Source: Octopus vulgaris | Taxonomy: Eukaryota | Assembly (NCBI GenBank): GCA_951406725.2 | Contig: OX597838.1 | Coordinates: 30,442,001 to 30,506,000 of the forward strand | Length of the DNA stretch: 64,000 nucleotides | Direction of reading: 5' to 3' | Shown here: in pieces, positions 11,110-23,910 of the stretch | Position numbering within the stretch: position 1 is the stretch's first letter | Layout of the letters: each line of letters starts with the position of its first letter | Position numbers and translations under genes: made by a program | Notes under the pieces: generated by a model | Database searches by the model: none | What the model was told of the DNA's origin: nothing | What the model saw: only the letters and a program-made list of their open reading frames with translations

Positions 11110-12090
11110 TTATTCGGCATCTGAACCGAGTCTGTCCAGCATGTGGTAGTTGAAATGGACTCGGTTTTCGAGGAAGACTTCGTTGGTTTTCTCCAGACTG
11201 ACCGGTAAGCAACAACATCGGTCAGTGAGCGCCAGTTTGTATGTGATGAGCCAGATGATGAAGATGACTATGAAATTGGCCATGCCATGGGCCGCAAAGT
11301 ACGTGGACAGAATGCTGATGTTGTAGTCCGTGATGTCCCACTTGTACGGGGAGCAGATGATCGTGCCGTAGTGGCACAGCCACGTGCCCTGCACGAGTGT
11401 GACGAACGAGCGAACGAACGGGAAGACCACCTGGTTGCGATAGTGGAACTCCAGTATGGTCACCACGACGGTCATAATGGCACAGTAAGTGACCAAGTTC
11501 TCACCGATCGAAGCCAGGCTGTCGTCTCGTTCATCGTCCATGACATAGTGACCGAACAGAATCGCCTCGACGCCGAACGCGAATATGAAGATGCAGTAGT
11601 CGAGGCCCTGCGGCAGGCTATAAGTGCACGTCTGTGACCCGATGTTCACCAAACACGAGAGTCCGAAAGCCACAAGGATTATACAGGACCGCAATTTCAA
11701 CATACTATTTTTAGCGTCGTTCAGTTCAGCACCCGATCCAGCGCCACCACCGGCCCAGTTGATTCCAGGCACATGTCGGTAATTTGTGACGAGTAAAAGG
11801 CCACAGATGATGAGGCAGATCTCGATGAAACTCTGTATCAGCTGCTTCCAGCGTTGCTTGCTGCAGGGGTAGACGAGCGACGAATGAAACTCGACGTGTT
11901 TCCACCTCATGAAGAAGAAGATGCGGGTCGTTTGCACGGTCCACCATAACGAGTACAGGATGAACATGACCCCGAGGATGAGGAAGTCAATGTAAGCACA
12001 AGCGAGTTCGGTATTGCTGTTGTTGCTGCTGCCGCTGCCACTGGCCGGTGCATCGCTGCCTCCTTGACTTACGTTTGCACTGTGCACCAT
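11110..12090 (-). CDS. TMEM45/DUF716-family multipass membrane protein, 326 aa, single coding exon
   Basis: Open 981-bp ORF with about 7 hydrophobic segments and family-like motifs LWWTV, FGVEAILFGH, RSFVTLVQGTW, WD and YFAAH. Splice acceptor (tttatttcag, AG at 12098-12099) lies 7 nt before the ATG. Confidence 0.85.
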   Translation of the reverse strand: MVHSANVSQGGSDAPASGSGSSNNSNTELACAYIDFLILGVMFILYSLWWTVQTTRIFFFMRWKHVEFHSSLVYPCSKQRWKQLIQSFIEICLIICGLLLVTNYRHVPGINWAGGGAGSGAELNDAKNSMLKLRSCIILVAFGLSCLVNIGSQTCTYSLPQGLDYCIFIFAFGVEAILFGHYVMDDERDDSLASIGENLVTYCAIMTVVVTILEFHYRNQVVFPFVRSFVTLVQGTWLCHYGTIICSPYKWDITDYNISILSTYFAAHGMANFIVIFIIWLITYKLALTDRCCCLPVSLEKTNEVFLENRVHFNYHMLDRLGSDAE

Positions 12091-12157
12091 CCTTTAACTG
12101 AAATAAACAAACAGAAGAAAATTATCCATCATCATCATCATCATCGTTAATATTATC

Positions 12158-12934
12158 TATTTCTTTACTACCCACAAGGGGCTAAACACAGAGGGGACAA
12201 ACAAGGACAGACAAAGGGATTAAGTCGATTACATCGACACCAGTGCGTAACTGGTACTTAATTTATCGACCCCGAAAGGATGAAAGGCAAAGTCGACCTC
12301 GGTGAAATTTGAACTCAGAACGTAACGGCAGATTAAATACCTATTTCTTTACTACCCACAAGGGGCTAAACATAGAGGGGACAAACAAGGACAGACAAAG
12401 GGATTAAGTCGATTACATCGACACCAGTGCGTAACTGGTACTTATTTAATCGACCCCGAAAGGATGAAAGGCAAAGTCGACCTCGGTGAAATTTGAACTC
12501 TGAACGTAACGGCAGATTAAATACCTATTTCTTTACTACCCACAAGGGGCTAAACATAGAGGGGACAAACAAGGACAGACAAAGGGATTAAGTCGATTAC
12601 ATCGACACCAGTGCGTAACTGGTACTTATTTAATCGACCCCGAAAGGATGAAAGGCAAAGTCGACCTCGGTGAAATTTGAACTCAGAACGTAACGGCAGA
12701 TTAAATACCTATTTCTTTACTACCCACAAGGGGCTAAACATAGAGGGGACAAACAAGGACAGACAAAGGGATTAAGTCGATTACATCGACACCAGTGCGT
12801 AACTGGTACTTATTTAATCGACCCCAAAAGGATGAAAGGCAAAGTCGACCTCGGCGGAATTTGAACTCAGAACGTAGCGGCAGACGAAATACCGCTTAGC
12901 ATTTCGACCGGCGTGCTAACGGTTCTGCCAGCTC
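12158..12934 (-). repeat. Head-to-tail tetramer of SINE family B (4 x 184 bp; the last unit carries the tRNA head)
   Basis: Units start at 12158, 12342, 12526 and 12710, with identical junctions aaatacc|tatttctttac. Confidence 0.9.
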
Positions 12935-12959
12935 AATGCCTTAATATTATCGTTAATAT

Positions 12960-13600
12960 TATCATTATCACCACAACTGTCATTATGGCTACGAATGCCA
13001 CAACGACCACTGACGCTGCCACCACAACAACAACCGCAACCACCAACACTACCACTATCATCAATACCGCCATCACCACCAACACCACCGTCACCACCAC
13101 CAGCAGCATCAATAGCAGCACCAACACCACTGTCACTACCACCACCACCACCACCACCAACATGACCAACACTGCCATTGTCATCTCCCCTAGCACTACC
13201 ACCACTACCAGCGTTAATAGCGGCACTAACACCACTGTCACCACCACCACCATCACCAACACTGTCATCGTCAACTCCACTAGCACCACATCCACCACCA
13301 CTACTATCACTGCTATCATCAACACTGCCATCACCATCACCACCACCACCACCAACACCACTGTCACCACCAACACCACCACCACCACTACCAGCATTAA
13401 TAGCGGCACTAACACCACTGTCACCACTATCACCACCACCACCACCACTACCAGCATCAATAGCAGCACCAACACCACTACCACCACCATCACCACTACC
13501 ACCACTACTATCACTGCTATCATCAACACTGCCATCACCACCACCAACAACAACAACAACATTACCAGCATCAATGGCAGCACCAACACCACTGCTACAA
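12960..13600. repeat. Degenerate (ACC)n trinucleotide array with higher-order repeats
   Basis: acc/act triplets with recurring blocks agcatcaatagcagcaccaacacc and aatagcggcactaacaccactgtc. Confidence 0.85.
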
Positions 13601-13624
13601 CCACTTTCTCTTCTACAGTCACAA

Positions 13625-14114
13625 ATTGGATTTCGTAGGCGTAAACTGAAACAAGCCCTTTGTATCTCTGCTCAATACCACAGACTTGCTTGTCAGTTGT
13701 TTGACTTTAACCAGTTGAGCATGTCCCTTAGTGGCTGACGATATGTGCATCTCTGATCACGAGCAGAAGTAATGGGGGAGCATCATAGCCATGTGTTGAG
13801 AGGAATTCTTTGGGGTTTGGATAATTCACCTCTGGAAACATGGGTGTTTCGTTCAACATCCTTAAACAACCCTTATTCAGGGACCTTTTGAGCGGGATGG
13901 GCTACTCGACCAGAAGAAAATTCTAACTGGGCCCCACCTGCAAGGTCATGCACTGTTTATCTTGACATGATATCACCATGTTGCGCACATATGATTGTGA
14001 TGCATGTGCCTGGTGTACCCTTATCAGACAGGTAGACACGATGGGTATACTGGGCTTCGTGTATTTTACCCCAGTGTCACTTTGATGGCATACACTGCTC
14101 TCTCACTCAATAAT
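13625..14114 (+). mobile_element. Interspersed repeat family E (ends ctctcactcaataat)
   Basis: Reverse-complement match to 45112-45690; a third copy starts at the window end (~63990). Confidence 0.7.
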
Positions 14115-14280
14115 CCTTTCTACTGTAGGCACAAGCCCTAAAATTTGGTGAGGAGGGGAGTAGTCAATTACATCGACCCCAGTGTGTACCTGGTACTTAA
14201 TTCATCGACCTCGAAAAGATAAAAGGCAAAATGAACCTTTGTGGGATTTGAAGCCAAAACATAAAGATGGATGAAATACT

Positions 14281-14682
14281 CTTTTACTCTTTTACTTGTT
14301 TCAGTCATTTGACTGCGGCCATGCTGGAGCACCGCCTTTTTAGTCGAGCAAATCGACCCCGGGACTTATTCTTTTGTAAGCCCAGTACTTATTCTATCGG
14401 TCTCTTTTGCCGAACCGCTAAGTAACGGGGACGTAAACACACCAGCATCGGTTGTCAAGCAATGCTAGGGGGACAAACACAGACACACAAACATACACAT
14501 ATATATATATACATATATATGATGGGCTTCTTTCAGTTTCCGTCTACCAAATCCACTCACAAGGCATTGGTTGGCCCGGGGCTATAGCAGAAGACACTTG
14601 CCCAAGGTGCCACGCAGTGGGACTGAACCCGGAACCATGTGGTTGGTTAGCAAGCTACTTACCACACAGCCACACCTGCGCC
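14281..14682 (-). mobile_element. SINE family A, full length, nested in a family B SINE
   Basis: Complete A copy. Family B sequence continues on both sides (14113-14280 and 14687-14730), and tact is duplicated at 14277-14280 and 14683-14686. Confidence 0.88.
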
Positions 14683-15029
14683 TACTACTAAGCATTTTTT
14701 ACCCAGCATGCTAACGAATCTGCCAGCTCAAAGCCTCTAATTTATAATTAATATTGGAAACGAGAATTTAAGCAGAAAAAGAAAATGATGTTATTTACAG
14801 GTTTCGTTGGTTTCTAAGAAACATTTTTGGTTTTTGGTTGCTAAGGTATTTTTTTGCTGAATGGTCCATCAACAAGATTCTTGTTTGAGTCTCAAGACAA
14901 TAGTCTCAAACATTTTGAAGAAAATGGATCTGGAATGAGAGAAGAAAAAAATAAATAAATAAAATGCAAATAAAAAAAAAAGAAACATTTCAGTTAAAAA
15001 TTACAGACCATGTTCTGGTGTGGACACGT

Positions 15030-15705
15030 ACACACACAGACATACATGCATGCATACACACACTTACATACATGCATACGTATACACATACATATACATA
15101 CATACACAAACGCATTCATACACACACACACACACCTATATGCACACATACACACAAACATACACACACATGCATATATACACAGAGATACACATGCATA
15201 CACACACACATACATACAAACATACGTACACACACACATACACACACATGCATACATATACACACATACATAAACACATTCATACATACACACCCACACC
15301 CACATGCACACATGCATACATACATACACGCATACATACACACACATACATAAACACATTCACACACACACACACACCCATACGCACACATGCATACATA
15401 CACACACATGCATACACATAGAGATACACATGCATACACATATACATACAAACATACGTACACACATACATGCACACACATGCATACATACACACACACA
15501 CACCCATAAGCACACATGCATATGTACATGTACACACACACACAGATATACACACACAGATATACACACATATGTATACATACATACACATGCATACAAA
15601 TACACAGATACATACATACACACATATACATACATATATACATACATACATACACACACATGCAGACACCCAGACACAGACACACATACATACACACACA
15701 CACAC
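15030..15705. repeat. (CA/CATA)n compound microsatellite
   Basis: Visible directly in the sequence. Confidence 0.9.
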
Positions 15706-15912
15706 CCTGTGGAAAAGAATATAAAGAACAGTTATCACATGACTGATTCTCTAGCAGTGGTTGTTGTTGTTGTTGCTGTTGTTGTTATTGCCAGGCTGAG
15801 GTCTTCCTTTATCAACAGAACAGTTTGATCTGACGTTGATGAATGGGTGTGTGGTTAACGAGTTTTCTTCCCAAACCGAGTGGCTTTGGGATTCACTCCC
15901 ACAGCTTGGCCC

Positions 15913-16390
15913 ATCATCATCATCATCATCGTCGTCGTTTAAGGTCCGCTTTCCATGCTATCATGGGTTGGACGATTTTGACTGAGGTCTGGCGAACCAG
16001 ATGACTGCACCAGGCACCAATCTGATCTGGTAGAGTTTCTACAGCTGGATGCCCTTCCTAATGCCAACCACTCCGAGAGTGTAGTGGGTGCTTTTACGTG
16101 CCACCGGCACGGGGGCCAGTCAGGCAGTACTGACAACGACCTCGCTCGAATCTTTTTACACATGCCACTGGCACAAGTGCCAGTAAGGTGATGCTGGTAA
16201 GATCATGCTCGAATGGTGCCTTTTATGTGCCACTGACACAGAAGCCAGTTAGCCGCTCTGGCAACAATCATGCTCGGATGGTGCTCTTAGCACCTTACTA
16301 GCACGGGGCACTAGTGCCAGTAAGGCGACGCTGGTAATGATCACACTCAAATGGTGCCTTTTATGTGTCACTGGCATGGAAGCCGGTTGG
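15913..16390 (-). mobile_element. SINE-like family D
   Basis: (CAT)n tail plus several ~60-bp tgccac/tggcac units. Confidence 0.8.
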
Positions 16391-16454
16391 CCCTCAGATA
16401 ATAATACAGTCTGGGGTCACCAGAAGCCTTGCAAGTGGATTTTTAAAAAAAAAA

Positions 16455-16712
16455 GGGTCAAAGGTCCATCGTGAATCATATAGATAGACTCATAAGGCTG
16501 GTTTCCCTGATTTTGCGGTGTATATTATCCTCCTGGATGGGAAGATGGTCTGTTGCAAGGTGACTCACTTTTGCAGATGAGTGGATTGGAGCAACATGAA
16601 ATGAAGAAATGTTTTGTTCAAGAACACAACACACTGCCCAGTGAAGGGACTGAACCCACACTCTTATGATCATGAGTCCAACACCGTAACCACTGAGCCA
16701 TGTGCTTCCACC
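16455..16712 (-). mobile_element. tRNA-derived SINE with V/Ceph-like central domain (related pieces at 7675-7810 and 51990-52045)
   Basis: Minus strand reads tggctcagtggtta...gggttcagtccc...gttgtgttcttgaacaaaacatttc...gttgctccaatccactca. Confidence 0.6.
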
Positions 16713-16773
16713 TGAGTGGAATTTGGTAGACTGAAACTGAAAGAAGCACAACCCACATATATGTGTGTGTGTG

Positions 16774-16813
<40 letters not shown>

Positions 16814-16931
16814 AGAGAGAGAATGTGCATGTGTATATGTGTGTGTGCAAGAGTGTGTGCGTGTGAGTGAGAGAGTGTGTATGTGTGCGAGTTTGTGAGA
16901 GGGAGAGAAATAGTGTATGTGTGTGTGTGAG

Positions 16932-16974
<43 letters not shown>

Positions 16975-17290
16975 ATGTGTGAGAAAGAGAGAGTGTGTAT
17001 GTGTGTATGAGAGAGAAACATATACACACATATAGAAACACAAACACACACACACAAACACACACTCCTATACCACATACACACACAGGAAGCCAATCAG
17101 CTAAATTCCTTATCAACATCTCTCAGTTCTAAAGACTAAAGTATGAAACAATAACCTTTAAACTATTAAATAATAATAACAATGTAAAACACTTTCAATA
17201 TAGCAACCATCAGAGCATCACAACAAACCACAGCACATACCCAAAGCACACAGGGCTGCGCTTGGTAGTGCGGTAGAAGCACGTGATAAA

Positions 17291-17321
<31 letters not shown>

Positions 17322-18354
17322 TTAATAATAATCTTTTCTGCTATAGGCACAAGACCTGGAATTTGTGGGGAGGGAGATCCAAGTAGTTAACTGGTACTTA
17401 ATTTATTGACCTTGAAAGGATGAAAGGCAAAGTCGACCTCAGTGGAATTTGAACCCAGAACATGAAGATGCCGCTAAACATTTTGCTCAGCATGCTAACA
17501 GCTCTGCCAGCTCATCACCTTACAATAGCCACAGCATGGCCAGGGAAACATGTATGGCAGTGGTTAAGAAGTTCGTTTTCTATCTACACGGTTTTGAGTT
17601 CAGAACGGTTCCTTGGGCAAATGTCACTTTCTATAGCTTGAGGCTGATCAAAGCCTTGTGTGGATTTGCTGGGGGGAAACTGAAAGAATCCCATCCTATA
17701 TATATATATATATATATATATATACTCTTAACTCTTTTACTTGTTTCAGTCATTTGACTGTGGCCATGCTGGAGCACCGCCTTTAGTCAAGCAAATCAAC
17801 CCCAGGACTTATTCTTTGTAAGCCTAGTACTTAATCTATCGGTCTCTTTTGCTGAACCACTAACGGACGTTAGTGATGATGATATATGTATATGTGTGCA
17901 TGTGTGTGTGTGTGTGTGTGTGCGTTTGTGTGTGCCCTTGTCTAGACAAGACGTGATGGTGGCAAAATGAGCATCATCATCATCATCATGCAAGTAAAGT
18001 TGTTCATTTCCAGTGTTCCGTGAAAAACATGTCTGCTTTATGGGGAAATATTTACCTTGCTTGGAAACCTATGAAGTTTGGCAATAGGAAAGGCATCTAG
18101 CCGTAGAAAACTTTTCCTCAACAAAATCCGTCAGCTCTATGCAAACATGGAAAAGTGGACGTCAAAAAGAAAAAAATGATGATGATGATGATGATCACAT
18201 ACTTATCAACATTGAACTTTTTTTTTTTTTTTCAATGTTACGCCACTTGATATCATCTGCTTCTTCCTTTCTGATTATTATCGTTGTGAGAGGAGTGGTT
18301 TGGTGCACTAATTAATTATTGATATATTAATAATGACAAAAGGTGAAAGTTCAA

Positions 18355-18835
18355 GCCTGCTGTTACTGGGTCAAGCAGGTGAGGAAGGTCAGCACGAAAT
18401 GTCATTCAAATAAAACATCAGAGACCCAACAAGTAGAGATCCAGTTTAGTTTTAAAGAAACCCACATCCACACCATGCAAGTCTCTCAGGCATTTAGGGA
18501 GGATGTTGAAGAGCTGCGATCCTCTGAACCCCAAGCTGTTGCAGTATCTGGTCCTGTATTTTGATGGTGATGTTGGAATCCTTGGCACCATGCAGTGGCG
18601 CCCCGTTCTGCGGTTGGGGTAACTTTGAATGCCAAAGTTTGGGACAAGACGCTCCAGGATTTTCCAGTTGTATATCACCGCATATCTCTCCTGCCTTCGC
18701 TCTAGGGAGAAGAGTTTTGATATTTTCAGTCTTTCCCAGTAGCTGATATGTTGTATTGAGACGATCTTCTTAGTGTAGCTTCTTTGAATTGCTTCAAGTT
18801 CTGCTGTTAGCTTTATATTGTGTGGTGACTATAGT
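18355..18835 (-). mobile_element. CR1-clade LINE ORF2 C-terminal fragment
   Basis: SLERRQERYAVIYNWKILE...NSLGFRGSQLFNILPKCLRDL...FKTKLD; homologous to 41282-41575. Confidence 0.75.
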
Positions 18836-18856
18836 TGGGAGCAGTATATATATATG

Positions 18857-18892
<36 letters not shown>

Positions 18893-19360
18893 ATCAAAAT
18901 CAAAATCAAACCAAATCAAATCAGATATTAGAAAGCAGAACCAAAATCGAAGCCGATCAACATCAATGGAAATTGCAGCTGTGATACCAGTGCCGGTGAC
19001 AAGTAAGCGAACCATCCGATCGTGGCCGTTGCCAGTGCCGCCCCGACTGGCCTCCGTGCCGGTGGCACGTAAAAAGCACCATCCGTTCGTGGCCATTGCC
19101 AGCCTCGCCTGACCCCTGTGCTGGGCATGTAAAAGGCACCATCCGTTCATGGCCGTCTGCCAGCTCCGTCTGGCACCTGTGCGGGTGGCACATAAAAAGC
19201 ACCCACTACACTCTCGGAGTGGTTGGCGTTAGGAAGGGCATCTAGCTGTAGAAACACTGCCAGATCAGACTGGGCCTGAAGCAGCCTTCTGGCTTCACAG
19301 ATCCCAGTTGAACAGTCCAACCCATGCTAGCATGGAAAGCGGACGTTAAATGATGATGAT
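18893..19360 (+). mobile_element. SINE-like family D
   Basis: ~62-bp internal repeats, gttggcgttaggaagggcatc, and tail ccaacccatgctagcatggaaagcggacgttaaa(tga)n. Confidence 0.85.
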
Positions 19361-19466
19361 ATACATATACATACACATACATATACAGACATATATATAC
19401 ATACATATACATACATATATATATACATATATATATATACACACACACACACATACATATATATAC

Positions 19467-19501
<35 letters not shown>

Positions 19502-19861
19502 TAGAGAGACAGACAGACAGACAAATATAATAACTATCATTATTTTAATGCCCAATTTTCCATGCTTGCACCAGTTATATGGTGCTTCCTTGAAGCAGGT
19601 TTTCTACAGTTAGACGCTCTTTCCGTCACTAACCCTCACCCGTTTCCATATAAGGTACTAGTTTCCCCCACCCACCCACCCATCCTGCCCTATCAGTCCT
19701 TCACACACAAACAGCCCAATAGCCAGCTATGATTTCACAGAGGTCTGCAAATGAGTAACCCCACTTGTATAATGGAGACATACACTTACAATTAGCACAG
19801 GATGTTGACATAATGAGGCTCTCACACTTACACACATACATTTATTCATACGTCTCTTTCT

Positions 19862-19996
19862 GATAATCTATCTGTCTGTCTATCTATCTATCTATCTGTC
19901 TGTCTGTCTGTTTGTCAATTTATCTGTGTCTATCTACCCATCTATCTGCTTGTCTATCTACCTACCTACCTATCTATCTATCTATCTATCCATCTG

Positions 19997-20031
<35 letters not shown>

Positions 20032-20270
20032 GTCTGTCTGTTTGTCAATTTATCTGTGTCTATCTATCCATCTATCTGCTTGTCTATCTACCTATCTATC
20101 CATCTGTCTATTTGTCTGTCTGTCTGTCCATCCATCCATCAGTTCATCCATCTGTCTAACAATCTATCTATCTGTCTATCTATCTATTTGTTTGTCTATC
20201 TATCTGTCTATCCATCCATCCATCTACGTATCTATCTATCTATCCATCTATCTATCTATCTATCTATCTA

Positions 20271-20319
<49 letters not shown>

Positions 20320-20710
20320 GTCTGTCTGTCTATCTGTCTATCCATCCATCCATCTACATATCTATCTATCTATCCATCCATCATCTATCTATCTATCCAT
20401 CTATCTACGTATCTATCTATCTATCTATCCATCAATCTGTCTATTTGTCTGTCTGTCTGTCCATCCATCCATCCGTTCGTCCATCTGTCCGTCTGTCTAA
20501 CAATCTATCTATCTATTTGTCTATCTCTCTGTTTGGTTTGTCTATCTATCAGGCTATCCATCCATCCATCTACATATCTATCTATCTGCTTGTCTATCTA
20601 TCTATCGATTTTTCTATCTATCTATCCATCCTTCCATTCATCTACTTGTCTGTCTGTCTGTCTGTCCATCCATCCATCCATCCATCCACCTGTCTAGCAA
20701 TCTATCTACC
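19862..20710. repeat. Compound (TATC/TGTC/CATC)n tetranucleotide array
   Basis: Visible directly; contains duplicated higher-order blocks (tttgtcaatttatctgtgtc). Confidence 0.95.
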
Positions 20711-21577
20711 TGTATGTATGTCTGTATGTATGTACATGTATGAGAATGTGTGTGTTTGTCTTCACATCATGTCTGTAAAGTCTTTTCTCTTCTTATCTTT
20801 TACTTGTTTCAGTCATTTGACTGTGGCCATGCTGGGGCACCGCCTTAAAGGGTTTTAATCCAATGAATTGATCCCAGTAGTCTTGTTTCCTTTTTCAAAG
20901 TCTGGTACTTGTTCCACTAATCTCTTAGGCTGAAGTGCTATGTTACCGGGATGTAAACAAACCAACACCAGTTGTCAAGCATGGCAGGGTGAGAAAGACA
21001 GACACAATGTGACACTCACATACACACACAAGTATATACACACACACATATATATACACACACACATATATATACACACACACATATATATACACACATA
21101 CACACATATATATATACACACACATATATATCTACACACACATATATATACACACACACACATATATATACAAACACACATATATATATATATATATACA
21201 TACATACACACATATACACACACACACACATATATACACACACACATATATATACACACACACATATATATATATACACACATATATATATACACACACA
21301 TATATATATACACACACACAAATATATATATACACATATACATACACACACACATATATTGCTGTTGTGTGGAAGGGCAGTTCTTATCAGTCTCTTCCAC
21401 TTAGCGGTCACTGACACGGATATGTGCCTCTCGACCCTTCAAGGCTGATGGGTCCTTGATGAGCTACTGACATGTCCTTCTCCATAAAAAAATTAAATCA
21501 ATGGCAGTGCCCCAGCATGACCACAACTTTCAAGCAGGAACTAGTTAAAGAGTATATAAATATATATATATATATAT

Positions 21578-22063
21578 CAAAATCGAAATCAAACAACATC
21601 AATGGAAATTGTAGCTGTGATACCAGCACCAGTGGCACGTAAGAGGACCATCCGAACGTGGCCGTTGCCAGCGCTGCCCCGACAGGCCTCTGTGCCGGTG
21701 GCACTTAAAAAGCACCATCCAATTGTGGCCATTGCCAGCCTCACCTGGCCTCCATGCCGGTGGCACTGAAGAAGCACCATCCGATCATGGCCATTGCCAG
21801 CCTCACCTGGCCTCCGTGCCGGTGGCACGTAAAAAGCACCATCCGATCGTGGCCGTTTGCCAGCCTCGTCTGGCACCTGTGCCGGTGGCACGTAAAAAGC
21901 ACCCACTACACTCATGGAGTGGTTGGTGTTAGGAAGGGCATCCATCCGTAGAAACATTGCCAGATCAGACTGGGCCTGGTGCAGCCTTCTGGCTTCCCAG
22001 ACCCCAGTTGAACCATCCAACCCATGCCAGCATGGAAAGCAGACGCTAAATGATGATGATGAT
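21578..22063 (+). mobile_element. SINE-like family D with four ~62-bp internal units
   Basis: Units start near 21661, 21728, 21790 and 21852; (TGA)n tail. Confidence 0.85.
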
Positions 22064-22534
22064 TCTTTTATTTGTTTCAGTCATTTGACTGTGTCCATGC
22101 TGGAGCACCACTTTAGTTGAACAAATTCACCCCAGGTCTTATTCTTTTGTAAGCCTAGTACTGATCCTATCGGTCTCTTTTGCCAAACTGCTAAGTTACA
22201 GGGGGCGTAAACACACCAGCATTGGTGGTCAAGCAATGGTGGGGGGGGGGGACAAATACAGACACACAAACAGGTCAGCCCAAGGCTATAGTTGAAGAGA
22301 CACTAGCCCAAGGTGCCACGCAGTGGGACTGAACCTGGAACCATGTGGTTGGTAAGTAAGCTATTTACCATACAAGGAAAACTGCATTAAATACTACAAA
22401 ATGTACATGTAGAACAGACAAAGGAGGACCCTAATCCTTCTTCAGTTATCAAGGTTTTTAATGCCTTTTTTATTTATGGAATAATGGAAGGCCATGCATC
22501 CTGACTTTTGTTAACAGTAAGTTTGTGTCTGTGT

Positions 22535-22570
<36 letters not shown>

Positions 22571-22586
22571 CATATATATAAATATA

Positions 22587-22980
22587 GGCGCAGGAGTGGC
22601 TGTGTGGTAAGTAGCTTGCTTACCAGCCACATGGTTCCAGGTTCAGTCCCACTGCGTGGAACCTTGGGCAAGTGTGTTCTGCTATAGCCTCGGGCCGACC
22701 AAAGCCTTGTGAGTGAATTTGGTAGACGGAAACTGAAAGAAGCCCGTTGTATATATGTATATATATATACGTGTGTATGTTTGTGTATCTGTGTTTGTCC
22801 CCCTAGCATTGCTTGACAATCGATGCTGGCGTGTTTACGTCGCCGTCACTTAGCGGTTCGGCAAAAGAGACCGATAGAGGGCTTACAAAGAATAAGTCCC
22901 GGGGTCGATTTGCTCGATTAAAGGCGGTGCTCCAGCATGGCCGCAGTCAAATGACTGAAACAAGTAAAAGAGAGTAAACA
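22587..22980 (+). mobile_element. SINE family A, full length
   Basis: Runs from ggcgcaggagtggctgtgtgg to tgaaacaagtaaaagagagt. Confidence 0.9.
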
Positions 22981-23150
22981 AGTATATATATGCGCAGGCA
23001 TGGCTGTGTGGTAAGAAGCTTGCTTTCCAACCACATGGTTCTGGGTTCAGTTCCACTGCATGGTACCTTGGGCAAGCGACAAAAGCCTTGTGAGTGAATT
23101 TGGTAGATGGAAACTGGATAAGCATGTCATATATATATATATATATATAT

Positions 23151-23302
23151 AAGTTCATTAAAATTTAGATTCAGTTGTATACGGTACTTAAGTATAGGCA
23201 CCAGAATTTGGTATGGTATTATCCATATAAGCAACAAGAATATCTAGAGGTAATGAAACGATCGTAGTGCATTACCTCTGGATATCCTTGTTGCTTATTT
23301 TG

Positions 23303-23306
<4 letters not shown>
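23151..23306. mobile_element. Penelope-like fragment with fold-back end, in (TA)n
   Basis: 29-bp inverted repeat (23227-23255 / 23270-23298, 2 mismatches) around gaaacgatcgta; homologous to 26943-27150. Confidence 0.55.
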
Positions 23307-23336
<30 letters not shown>

Positions 23337-23340
<4 letters not shown>

Positions 23341-23601
23341 CTCAGTCGAAGTCGACTCTCGGTTACTCGTTGGATCAGTGTCCTCCATTCAGTTCTATCC
23401 TGGGCCGCTTCTTTCAGACTGGCTATGTCCATTCCGATATCACTCTTGATGGTGTCAAGCCAGCGGGTTCTTGGTCGGCCTCTTCCTCTCTTGCCACTGA
23501 CCATTCCGAGCATGATGTCCTTCTCCAGGGATTTTCTCCACATAATATGACCGAAATATGCCAATCTATGCTTGGTGATCCCAGCTTCTAGCGACATTTT
23601 C

Positions 23602-23603
<2 letters not shown>
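23337..23603 (-). mobile_element. RTE-clade LINE 3' end
   Basis: RLAYFGHIMWRKSLEKDIMLGMVSGKRGRGRPRTRWLDTIK...AAQDRTEWR is a typical RTE C-terminus. Confidence 0.85.
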
Positions 23604-23640
<37 letters not shown>

Positions 23641-23910
23641 ATATATATTTGTGTGTATGGGTCTGTGTTTGTCGCTCTACCATCACTTGACAACCGGTGT
23701 TGGTGTGTTTATGTCCTGGTAACTTAGCAGTCCGGCAAAAGGGACCAATAGAATAAGTATTAGGCTTAGAAAGAATAAGTGGTGGGGGTCGATTTCTTCT
23801 AATAACACCAGTACTTCAGCATGGCTGCAGTCAAAATGACAGAAAAAAAGTTAAAGAAAAAAGAATAGAAGAACACACACATATATATATATATATAATC
23901 TTTTTTTTTT

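Noticed and set aside
12158-12934. CRISPR-like or retrozyme-like array
   Set aside because: There are no unique spacers and no hammerhead core on either strand; the units are SINE B sequence.
12913-13738. Thr-rich mucin-like and Pro-rich ORFs
   Set aside because: An (ACC)n array that is open in several frames, starts inside a SINE, and lacks splice or signal context.
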